Origin: Octopus vulgaris
Taxonomy: Eukaryota
NCBI GenBank assembly: GCA_951406725.2
Contig: OX597817.1
Coordinates: 38,874,001 to 38,938,000 of the forward strand
Direction: 5' to 3'
Length of the DNA stretch: 64,000 nucleotides
Positions within the stretch are counted from its first letter, which is position 1. Each line of letters starts with the position of its first letter. Positions 26,249 through 38,575 of the stretch are shown here, piece after piece. The notes below the pieces were generated by a model, which had not been told where the DNA came from, did no database searches, and was given only the letters and a program-made list of their open reading frames with translations. The position numbers and the translations under genes are program-made.

Positions 26249-28873
26249 CTGAAATATAAAGAAAACAAAGTGTGAGTAAAACTAAACAAATTTAAGAACT
26301 TAATACTGATTTCTTACAATGTCACAAGCTTTTAATTGTTCTAAAGACCAGGTCATGTATGCACTCTTCACAATGGCATTACTATGCAAACTGAAATGTG
26401 TGCAACTACCATATCCAGCCATTGCTGTTCTCCCAAAGGAATATTACTTCACTATTCACTTTATCTAAAAGCGAGAATTTCACTAAAGTCAAGGTATTTT
26501 TGTAATTGATTAATACAGTGTCAAGTCAAAAGTTTGCAATATTTCAGTAACTAATTTGTGTTATTTATCAAGTTACAACAAATGCAGCCAAGCATCCAAA
26601 GTAGAGGAAAGCATGTTGCACCAACTGAAGCCATCTTTCTACCAGTTCTTTGATCCTACACTGATATCAGGTTCTTTCTTATCTCTCACCAAAACTTCCA
26701 TTCTTCTTGGTTAATGAAGATTTGTGAGTACAGGAAGTTAACCATGGATCAGAAAAAGCTATAATCCAAGAGATATTTTTCCATAATCTGGTCATGCATA
26801 AACAGTGGTTAAACAAAGACCAGCTTCTGGAAACTGTTGCCAAACAAAGGCATTTCAAACAAAAGGTGATGCTCTGTGTTTGATGGAATTGCAAGAGGAT
26901 AAATTCAAGAGTCTGTTCCAGATTGTCAAGCCAACTTGTACTCTGAACAGCTGGAGCAGATGTTTGCCATTGTGTAACAAAAATATCAGATATTGGTAAA
27001 CAGAAAGCAAGCTCTTCTGCAGCAAGACAACACAAGACTTCATACTGCTCAAACAACCCCAAGTAAACTCCAGGAACTTGAAGGAATCAAACTGATACAA
27101 CACCCAGCATACAATCCAAACATAAACAAAACTTCCAATGCCAACAATTAAGAGTAATTAACAGTAGTTAATTTACTCATCCTCTATAAACATGCTATAT
27201 CTGTTATCAGGATAACTAAAGAAACCAACCTAGAAATGCATCTGAACCAATAATTAAACAAAATACCTAATGACCATACATTCTGAATTAAAATTTACCT
27301 TGAGGTTGAGGAAGACTTGTGCAGCTTTCTCATATTCCCAATTGTTTTGTTGTAGGCACTGCAATGAATATTCAGCATTCATTTCTGACTGGACTGAAAA
27401 CTGTGACACCATTTCTTTCTGGATTTCTGTTAATGATACATTGCACACAGCTGTGGCATTTGGGAGAGTGAGAGGAGCAGGAGGTGTATTGACAGTTTCA
27501 ACCAAAGCAGACCCTCCTTGTGTTGGACTGGATGAAGGTGTTGGTGCAGGAGTCTTGAAGGCAGACTTAAAAATAAAGATAATAAAATTACTTATTTTGA
27601 GTAGGCACAAAGACAATTTTTGGAGAGTAAAGGATGAAGTTTACATTTGAAATGAATTGTTTAGCATTTAAGGCTAGATCACATATCTCATGACACCAAA
27701 CAGACAAATAAATTTAAGGGCTCAGAAGATTAATAGTTTAACCTCTAGCCATTTTCAAGTCCTCTCATATTGCATATAAAGAAATTTGTAAACTAGACCT
27801 GATAAAGTAAACGTACAAACACCAAAGATGGCATCAACAGTCCCAAAATATAAAAAGCATTGAGTTGCTGAAAGAATTAACTCCTGTAATGTTACTGATA
27901 GCAGATTTATCAGCTCAGGAAGAAAATCAACCATGTGAATTTTTAGGAGATGAATGCCAAAATAATTTTATACATAAAATCAAATCTTTAAACATTTATA
28001 ATAAAAACAGCTCTAAAGTCAGATATCTCAATAGAAAGCAAAATCAGGCTAAAACAGATACAAAAATACATAATACATCTGCCTTTTATAAACTAAGCCA
28101 GATATGATGCTAAAATTTCCATGTAATAAAGAAACCCTCATTTTTTCACACTAAGCCATTCATTATCAAAATCAACCACATTTTCCTACCCATATTCACC
28201 ACCCCATACCCTTTCCTGCAACTCCCTGCCACTGCCAATGGCAGCAGATGGCGTTTTCATATCATGACCACCTCTTGACCAGACACACACAACACTGACA
28301 AAGGTAGAGTGAGGTGTTCAAGTTCTATTTTTACATACTGTACTAGACCACAGCTATCATCATCTTTATCAATTATGATGATGTTAATGTGTTTTGATGA
28401 AGATTATAATTGTGTTGGTCCTAATATCAATGTAAATTATTACTACATAAATGTGATTTCACTAATTAAATTATTAATTGCATACAGGCCAGCATTATTC
28501 TCATAATTCAGCTGTTTTCGAACATATTTTTCATTTTATTTTTATATTTTCAAATTATGTGAACTTACACCTGTACAAAATTTGGGTATTTTCCCTCATA
28601 AATATGATGATGGGTGATGAAGCTACATAGTTAAATTTATCTTTATATTTTTTATTTAATATTTACATAATATAATCCTAATATAACACTGAAATAAGTT
28701 TCTAAACAGGAAAAAAAAAAACAATCCATTCTTACATGTATCAATAAATAAATGACATGAAAATAGCATGATTACCTGTATCTGTTCAGAAGTGGCATTA
28801 GATATTGTCAACATGTCATTCACTATGACAATACTGAAATTATATAAATACAAATAACAAATAAATATGTGTG

Positions 28874-28915
<42 letters not shown>

Positions 28916-29359
28916 ACAAGCAACAAATGCCTGAATATATAACTTACTGAGTTGGTAACTGGAATATTAAATTAACATGAAATTTCACTGGGTTTAGTCT
29001 TAATTTAGAATATTTTGAAACAAAGATACTAAAGAAGTGGGGGAGGGGGTCTCAGGCAGGTCCATATCAAAAGGGTTTATGAATCAACATGTGGTTAAAA
29101 CCATTTGAAACCAGTTTCAAATCAAATTTCTACTGTAAAATATCTAACAAGAACTTTGCTTGAAGACTGCAATTAGATTTGGAAACATCCAATATAGTTG
29201 CAAAATGAGGCTATTAGAAGGTAAATTATATTACGTTTAATTGTACAAGCTATTTGCCAGTTTTTTTTCCCAGCACACCAATAGAAAACTTCCAATTATC
29301 TTTTTCCAGAGAAAAAACAAATTCTATGATTCTCAAATCTCTAAGATCATGTGTATGTA

Positions 29360-29404
<45 letters not shown>

Positions 29405-32400
29405 GCAAGTATCTCATGGCAAAAGCGACTAATTCTTTTAGCTATGTGGAATCAACTAATCATTTGGAAAGCAAAAAGTTAGGTTAGATTTTAAGAAATA
29501 TTTTGCAGTATAGGTTTATAAGAATATTTTCAAATTAATTAATTAATAACTAGCTAAGATGAGTGTTAAAAATCTGATATATTGTCTGAATGAAGGTTAG
29601 ACTTACCCATCCTGCTGTGGGGTTGTAATAAACATTCGACTAAATGTACGAATTGGAGGTTCCCCTTTTGATTCAGCTGTAAAACATAGAACAATGTGTG
29701 TATTAGGTTAATGCAAAATCACTAAATAATATTACATTATAGCAGCACATAAAATGAGCCTAAATATTAAAAAATTTTTAATTCATACTAAATGCCTAAC
29801 TCTATGATAATTATAACCAAAAAGTAATCTTTATATCCAACTTAACATGGATGTTTTGTTAGAATGCCAAATTCTGCATTATTTACCTTGAAAAGACCTC
29901 TCAATATGGGTACATAAAAGCAATTAATAAAATTTCCTCTATCAATTTTTGTTTATATAATAAAAATTTTAGATATTACATGAAGAGAATGTAGTTTATA
30001 GACTTTTGCAGCTAAAAAAATTGATCTGGATATTTTTCTGATATACTGACCCTCCTAAATTATGACAGTATGTGAAGCTTACTAATTTCAAAGCAAAAAG
30101 TAAACTAACCAAGAATATGGAATTTTAAGTATTTTCTTTATCAAACGAGCAATAATAAATTACTTACTTTCTTTAAAAATTCCAAAAACACTGAAAATAA
30201 GCAATGTTCTCTGAAAGAAAAGGAAAAAATTTAAATTGATTAGATACGGAATTAAGAAAAAAGTAAAATGCCATTAGAAAAAAAAATTAAGGAATACTAT
30301 TTAATTGTAGATAAGTATGTATTAGGAATGTTGATCATTATTGATTTATAATTTGAATAATTAACACTTTAGCATTTAAACTGGCCATATCTGGCAAAAC
30401 TATTCTACCTCTTTTATGTTCAAAGTTGCCAGATAGGGCCTCTCACACCTGCCCTACAAGGTCATTCTAAAAATAAAATATTACATCATCGAAATCCTGA
30501 AGCTAAAAGATAATGCTCAAATTAATTCAAAGGAATGTGAATAAATAAACATTACATTTGAAAGAATAATCTAAATGCTAAAGGATTAAACAGAAATAAG
30601 TCATGACAGTTAAAATGTTTTGCTTTGATTTTTTTTTTTTTTTTGCACTTACTGTTATATTAAAAGTAATGAAGAAAATGAAGTTAGTATAGACTGATAT
30701 TTATATAAACACATCTTTTACACAGATTAGTCAACAAATGGTGATTCTTACCGATAGGTGTTGAACATCAATGTGAAATGAATTAAGGTCATGTTGTGTT
30801 CCTGGCAACAACCGAAGCTGTGAAACAACATTAACCCGTCCAACTTTTAAGTGTTTATCACGTCGACCTGTAATCAAAACAGATTACAAATATTAGATCA
30901 ATAATAAATAACAAAAGGAAAACAATTCTCTAAAATCTAATAAAGTAACTGAGATTCAGAACTTACCAGCATTTAATTTGAGTAGATTCCTACTTTCACT
31001 GAAGTATTCATTCAATGAAGGCTGCCTGAAAGAAATCAGAGAAGTCACAAATATGATAGATGCACTTTTAACAGGGAACATGGTAGAGTATTGGTGAAGG
31101 TAAATTATTGCCAGAAAAATTAATTCCTACAGAACACATCATCTAAAAAGAACAGATTTACAAAGAAATCTTATTATAAAACTGGAACTCCAGTACAAAA
31201 ACTTTCAGAAGCAACTAATTCCAACCATTCATTGTTAAGTGCCCAGTTAGTATTATATTGACAACACTGAAGTTAGTCTTAGTAACTTTATGGAATAATA
31301 TATAAGTACAAGTAAATGACCAAGTCATTGGTTTTGACCAATGTGCCATATGGTCAACACTGCAGTTTTTACAAACTAATACAACCATTATCATGTTAAA
31401 TAAAGGTGCTACTTTGGCGTGTGATCTAAAATTTAAAGGAAAATTACTTCTGGTTACTTTTTAGTTTACTTTCCAATTTCTAAAAACCCTTAAGTTGTTG
31501 GCTAAAGACTTTTACAATGTGATCAGCGATGAGACAAAGGCAGTTGCATTTTTATGCAAAAATAACTTTTAGTTGAAGAAGAAAATGTTGCACTAAGTCA
31601 TCAGTGCGGTGGAGTAATGAACACGGCTGCCAAACTTGTGTAATCTATGAACTTATTTTAATTATTATATTGTTTATTCTTGATTTCTTAATATTCTTCA
31701 CTAAGACATAAATGAAACATAGTTTTATTGTTATTAAAATAGTAAGAATTTTGAAAAAATACGTTTACAATGCTCAGTATGTACAAAAGTATTAAAATAA
31801 TTTAGAAATTGAAAAGTAAACTAAAAAGTAATCTCCCTTTAAATTGTAGATCACATGCAAAGGTAGTACTGAAATAAATGTACAAAGAAATGATTTATGT
31901 GCACAACTACTAATAAAAGGAACAAAATGTACATACTTGCCAAGTGCACGGTTGAAGATACATGCAAATGAGAATATAGCCTGTAAAGAAATGGAAGTTG
32001 ATGATCTCAGATGAATACAAGTAAAAAGACATTTATTAAAAATTTTACAGGACATCAAAAAAAAAAAGAAATTACTGGCTATTTAATAATTCTAACAGTT
32101 CAAGGAAGTAAGAAATCAAGATTTGAGTGTTCATAAAAAGATCCTAACAGATTGCTATGTAATAGAGCTTGACACCAACCTGCTTGAGATCACCTTTTGA
32201 TACAAACTGCCTGTTTTAAAGTGATCTAAATTACTTCAAATGGTAAATTGTTCCAAATACCAGCTTATTAGGGACAAAGTTATTTTACTAAATTCTTCAT
32301 GGTTTCAAAATGAAATGAAACAAAGATAATGTATTTCAAAAGAAGCGTTGATGCTTCCTAGGGCTAAATAGCAGTGGTGTGATTCCCTCTATGGGACTGT

Positions 32401-35400
32401 CACATTAAGTTGACAGTAAACAACTGCTCTATCGTTCCACCACTGCTTATATCTCTCTGAGATATTTAGAAATTTAATATAATAGAATAAACAATTGCAA
32501 CGCGGAAGGTGTTTATAAGTCATTTAAGAAACACACAAAACCGTTAGATTCACTTCAACATTTAAATTTAATTTGTCAAAATATTTTTGTCACTTTGAGA
32601 CCGCGACCTGTTCACTGACAAAGCTGAGATGCAACACAAAGCTTTGTCAGTGAACAGGTCGCGGTCTCAAAGCGACAAAAATATTTTTGACAAATTAAAT
32701 TTAAATGTTGAAGTGAATCTAACGGTTTTGTGTGTTTCTTAAATGGCTTATAAACACCTTTCACACTGCAATTGTTTTCGTTCCAGCACATGATCTCAGA
32801 TCAAGTCACTCACTATGCAAGTACATCTCCTATAATGAAATAGTTGAATGAAAAAGGTTTTTTTTTTTTAAAGAAACATTTACAATATAAATGATTTCAA
32901 ATTCTAGATTCCTCTTCTCAGTGGAAATCTTGGTCTTATTTTGAAATAGAAAATAGAATTTGAAATTTCTGGACTACCTGGCCTTTAGAACAAGAGAATA
33001 ATCAAGTAATGTTTGTAGCTTCATTCATCTCTTCACTTCAACTAATTTCTATAACTTCACACAACTTTTCACTGTAATTTTCATTTGAACACACTTTATA
33101 TAAATATAATTTTCCTTTCAAATCATTTCAGAAAAAAAGAAATTTGAATTGAAAGACTTTCAATTCAAACTGAATTACATCTGAATTGAAAATCTAATTC
33201 AAAACTCACTAATCCTTTCATTATGAAATTAAGATTTTGCAATATATTTATACTTCATTTTATATTTGAAATTCCAATAATTATACACTATAGATTACAA
33301 TACAAATGTTTAAGAATGATTTTGCATTTATTATCCATGAATATACACAAGTGAAGTAAAACAGATATTTGCATGAATCAAGTCATTCATAAGAGAGTAA
33401 CCTGATATTTTGGTGTGAGAGAGAGAGAGAAATTGAGTTCTTCAAAAATATCTTGCCCAAGAACTCAATGCTATTCTGGTTACAAAATTAGCTTGAAAAC
33501 ATAACACCTGAATTATTAGGCTACGCCTTATTTTAAACTAATCATTTGTCAGTAAAAATAGACTTAATTTTTGTAACAGAACATATTTCCCCCTCAATTT
33601 GGTTCATTATGTCAAAAGTAAAGATATAGTTAAGAGCAATGTACAAATATTGAAAATATTTACCTGATCATGATAAGCATCAACTAATGCTTGTCTGTTA
33701 TCTGAGTCATATATTAAATAATATTGCTTTAAAAATTTAACCAGTAAATTTTGAACATCAGCATTCATGAAGTAATTATCTTTTGAAGGTGGTAGGTCAA
33801 TATCAGATTCCAAGTCGAAGACAATTGGTGGTGGAAGATCTTGGCAGTCCTACAATGAGATTTCAATGTCATTAATTTAACTTACCCACAATGCTAAATT
33901 AAAATTTCCTTCCATAGTAGTTCTGACAATTTGGATAAAATCTCATTCATTAACTTCATCACCATTCCTGAATATACTCATTCTTTTCAACTACCTTTGA
34001 GTTAGTTTCTCATACATTAAGCTTTTATATATCTCTAACTGTATAAATCAGAGATAAAAACTGAAGTACATCAAACAGCAGTGTAACAAATAGAAGAATA
34101 ACTAAGAGAATATTCTCGATATGGACAATGGATTAAGAACAATCAAACCCCATGGATTACAAAGAAAGTACATTAACTAAAACACTGACAATAACAACCA
34201 AGATGAAGCCACAACTAATCACTATTTCCATTTTGGTTGGATATAATAGATATGTTACAATGCACTCACAGTGAACCAATTCTGGGAGCAGTCATAAACA
34301 GATAATCCCATTTAATGACAACTCTCTCAGAAACGTAATGTCAACTCAATAAATAAGCTTCAGTAAAATACATTGTGATGGAAAAAACATCTAACACTAG
34401 TGACCACAACTGAAAGTGATGCTTAGCAATGTTATAGATTAACATAGTACCGATGCATTAAGTTTTGTTTCAATGAGATCCTCTTCAACTGTCTACTACT
34501 TATGAATGTATCACTATTACTAGACCAATCTGCATAGTTCAATTAATAAGTTACTGATATATTAACAATTCTTTGTTTCAATTGTCCATACATCATTGAC
34601 TACATAGTGTTGGCTAAAACCTATACATTCACTATGTAGTACTGTAGAGCATTGAAACAAAATACTGTAAACATATTGGCTGTTCACAGATTGAACAAGC
34701 TATCAATAAAGTGTTAAGTATACAAATTGGTTAATCGGAATTACTGCAGTCCTTAATAGAAGGTTTATAAGTAGTGTTGCTGTGATCAGTTAAAGAGAGC
34801 GTGGGGTATGCAGATACTGATAAAATCCCAGTATTGGATTGATCTTTCGTTTTTAATATTTGTCTGCCAAGATATTGTTTATGTCTACATTTGATTATTA
34901 CACACATAATTGTATAAAATCTAAATAAACTGCAACAAGGCTTAGCATAGAGAAAGTGACTTAATTTCTACAGTTAAAAGTACACGTTAAAATTTACCTG
35001 GCAATGCAACTCAAATAAATTAGACAAGACCAACCAGATTGTATCAATTTCTGCATCTCACATGCAACATTTAGAAGCTCAACATGAAACCCAATTAGCA
35101 ATTTTATATAGACAGTAAAAACGAACATGGACATTTACTTTATTTCAACAGATAATGGATGGAGATCTAAGGAGAAACTATCACTGATCTGAGTATTAAA
35201 ATTTAAGCAAATACTGAAGTGCAAGTTGGCCACATTAAGAAGTAGTATTTTAAAAGAAAAGTTATCAAAGTATTATTTAATATGCTCTGAAGACAAAGTG
35301 TTGTAAGAAAGTACTTGGAAATAATTATCGCTAACAAAAAGACTAACTCAAACAACTCTCATAAAATATTATGCTTGCATAGGATCAGTTAATGAAGTTC

Positions 35401-38400
35401 TGTTTAGTAGATACATACGTAAAATTGTCTTGATTCATACATATCAAAAGAGCTCTTTCACTTAAAATTAAGATAAATTCTAAAAGCTTACCAATTTTAA
35501 AACTTTTGGGAATTTCTTTCTTACAGTTCTGAAGGTAAAAGTAAATTGATAAAACATTTGAAAGGTTTCAATGAAAATCATCATCATGTTAAAAAGAATA
35601 AAGAAAAATAAAAACTCAAGAAACATGATTAAAATTGGTGTGGAGTAAATGTGTGATATAATTAATTTCCGAGATTTGCAACAAATATAATCAATATCAA
35701 GGAAGTGATTGAAGGAGAATTCTTTTTAACATTTAAAACTAAATCCAGAGGCTGGGACAAATTTGAATACATTGTGCTCAGTCAATTAGAACAGATATCT
35801 AATGCAAATCTAAGAATAGGTATGATTTATTACAGAATAGAAAAATTTTCCTACTCTGTTATTACAAAGAAATGAAGAGGAAAAAAAATTCAAAATTGGC
35901 ACAGAAGCAAATAATATAATTATTTACAAACAACACCCACATACACACCCATACACAAACACACACATGAAAGAAAAATTATGAAATAGAAATGGTTTTA
36001 AAAAAATTTAAATAAATATAAATACATTTTCACTTCACTTAAAGATAAAATCAAGGATAAATAAATAAAAAATCTTCGTCTGCTTGATTCCAGTGTTATT
36101 TTTAGAAGTTTCTTTTTCAAAGTTCCTTTTTCATTTCCACCAATTTAATGGAGAAAAAAAATATGTTGGAAAGGAGTGAAAAGCTGGGTCCCTCTCTAGC
36201 TCAGTTACAAGTTTCTGTCCCTGGTATAGGTCGTTTTCTCTTCTGGAAAAGCTGACCCGTCATCGGTGACAGTACAGTAACTGAAAGCTTGATAGTGAAA
36301 AGCGAAAAGACCAAGTGCAACCAACAGCTTCACAGCTTTCTCTCCTGATTCTGTATAATATCATCAATATCTTCCAGTAGTGAAAATTGGGAGTTTTGTC
36401 GATTCATAGATATTCTGAGTTGAAAACTTTGATTCTCTGAACAATTCTTTCTCTTCAGTTCTGCTATACCAAGATCTTCCTTTCAGATATTGCTTTATGT
36501 ATATACATATAATTAATATATATGTGTGTATATATATATAATATACATATATTATAAATGTCTTTAAATAACACTGCAGCAAGAAATTTCCATCTTTCCA
36601 CACTGATGATGTCAAATCCAAAAAAACCAAAGTAGTAATATTTTCTTTTTTTTCCAAAATACAGAGCAGATAGTTTGAGGATAATTGAAATATTGTATAG
36701 GAGTTTCGAGTCTTTTTTTTTTTTCTTCCCCCCCTTTTCTTTTCGCAAATTCAAAGTAAAAGTTCCAAAATCATAAAACTTCCATTTTATTCAGTTCTTG
36801 ATTAAATCTGAAGTTTAGTTGTTCTTCCTGTAATATAATTAATCCCGCTGACTTGGAAATGGTTCCTTTTCAAACAAAATCATGGTAATGAAGTTAAAAA
36901 TAAAAAGATACAATGGTTGCAAAAAATATTTAAAAATCATCAATTAAAAAAAAAAAAATTGAAACAAACTTCTATTTCTGGCAAATACAAATTTCATAAA
37001 AATGTTCTAATTTTTCCATGGAATTTCAGTAAATTGGTATTGTATGATACCAATCATTAATACCATCTAAATTCAAAGTAGATTAAAATGAGCTTATAAA
37101 GAAAGCAAGAACTTTTCTGATCACAAATATAAATAGAAAATAACAGGAACAGAGTTTTTACATTATATTTTTCTTTTTCACATCAGCATTTTTTTAATAT
37201 TTTCCATTTTCTTCTTTAGCATTGTTTTTTTTTTTTTTTTAGCACCTTTTGGGGTTTTTTTATTTATATTTTTCATTTTTTTTTTTTTGTTTTGTTTTCT
37301 TTTAAAATATTTCTTTCTTTTAATTTTTTTTCCTCCCATGTATTTCCTTACTGAAGTCCATTTTTGTGATCATTGAAAAGATTTTAAGTTTGGCAAACAA
37401 ATCAATACAAAAAGAAAATAAAACTATATGAAATAAAAAAAATTAAGGAATTGGTTTTTGCCAGCTTAAAAAAAAAAAGCTTCTGTGCCATTAAAAAAAT
37501 GCTAGCAGTAGATTACAAACAACAACAATCTTAAAACGCTTTTTGTTTAAGTACAATGCTAACTTGCAAACACAATCTGGAAGAACACTTATAAAAGCTA
37601 TTCTACCAGACTATGTTTGCCAAAAGAGGTTGATAGAGAGGAGATATTAATTTGTGAAGAATAAAAATTTTACAAGTTTATAGTAATTTCGAAAAAAAAA
37701 AAAAAATCAGTCTGAATAATATGGATTATGTTTAACCTTTTAGCATTTAAACTGGCTACATTCGGCCAAAATATTCTACTTGTTCTATATTTATAGACCA
37801 GATCTGGCTTCTCATACCTACCATGCAATGTCATTTTAAAAATAAACTTATAAAAATCTTGAAGCTACAAGATTTTGAATGATTAATTCAAAACAATGCG
37901 AATAAATAAGAATTAAAAGAATAATCTGAATGCTAAAGGGTTAACGCATAATGATGGTTTGTTGCATCATTCCATTAACATAAGATTATTTCTGTACTAA
38001 CAATAAACACTTTGGGTGTTTTGAATATAAAATATTAAATGTAATACCAAAATATAACTGACGATTTTCATTAATAGAAAAAAATTAATATATCATCATT
38101 TGAAAAATTAAAAGAAACAGCTTAATTTTTAATTGTCAGGAATTATTTTAAGACATTCTTATAAAGTTTCAATTCAATTTACATTTAGGAAGTTTCAGCC
38201 CAAGATCAAAATAAAAGATTTGGAGTAAAAAAAAAATAATAATAAGCTTAACTAAATGAATTTCATTTTACTTATCATTTTGAATTCAGTTTGATATGAG
38301 ATTTATAACTTTTTATATGAAATTAAAATGTGCAATAATTCCTTGCACTCTTTACATAAGAATAGTGTTTTAGTTTTATCCCCTTCCCTATTTATTTTAT

Positions 38401-38541
38401 AATGAGTTTATCCAAAACTGGCATAAACAATCCTATATGCCATTCCAATTCAAATAAGAATGAAAGCTTTTTAAACAGTAACATTTTCATAACAACCAAG
38501 CTGAATAATGCTTAGCTTTTGATCTAGAAAGATAAATTTTT

Positions 38542-38575
<34 letters not shown>

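Noticed and set aside
36364-36754. 96-97 aa minus-strand ORFs inside the cassette intron
   Set aside because: Non-ATG starts, low-complexity AT-rich translation, no motif, and they lie downstream of the immediate in-frame stop.
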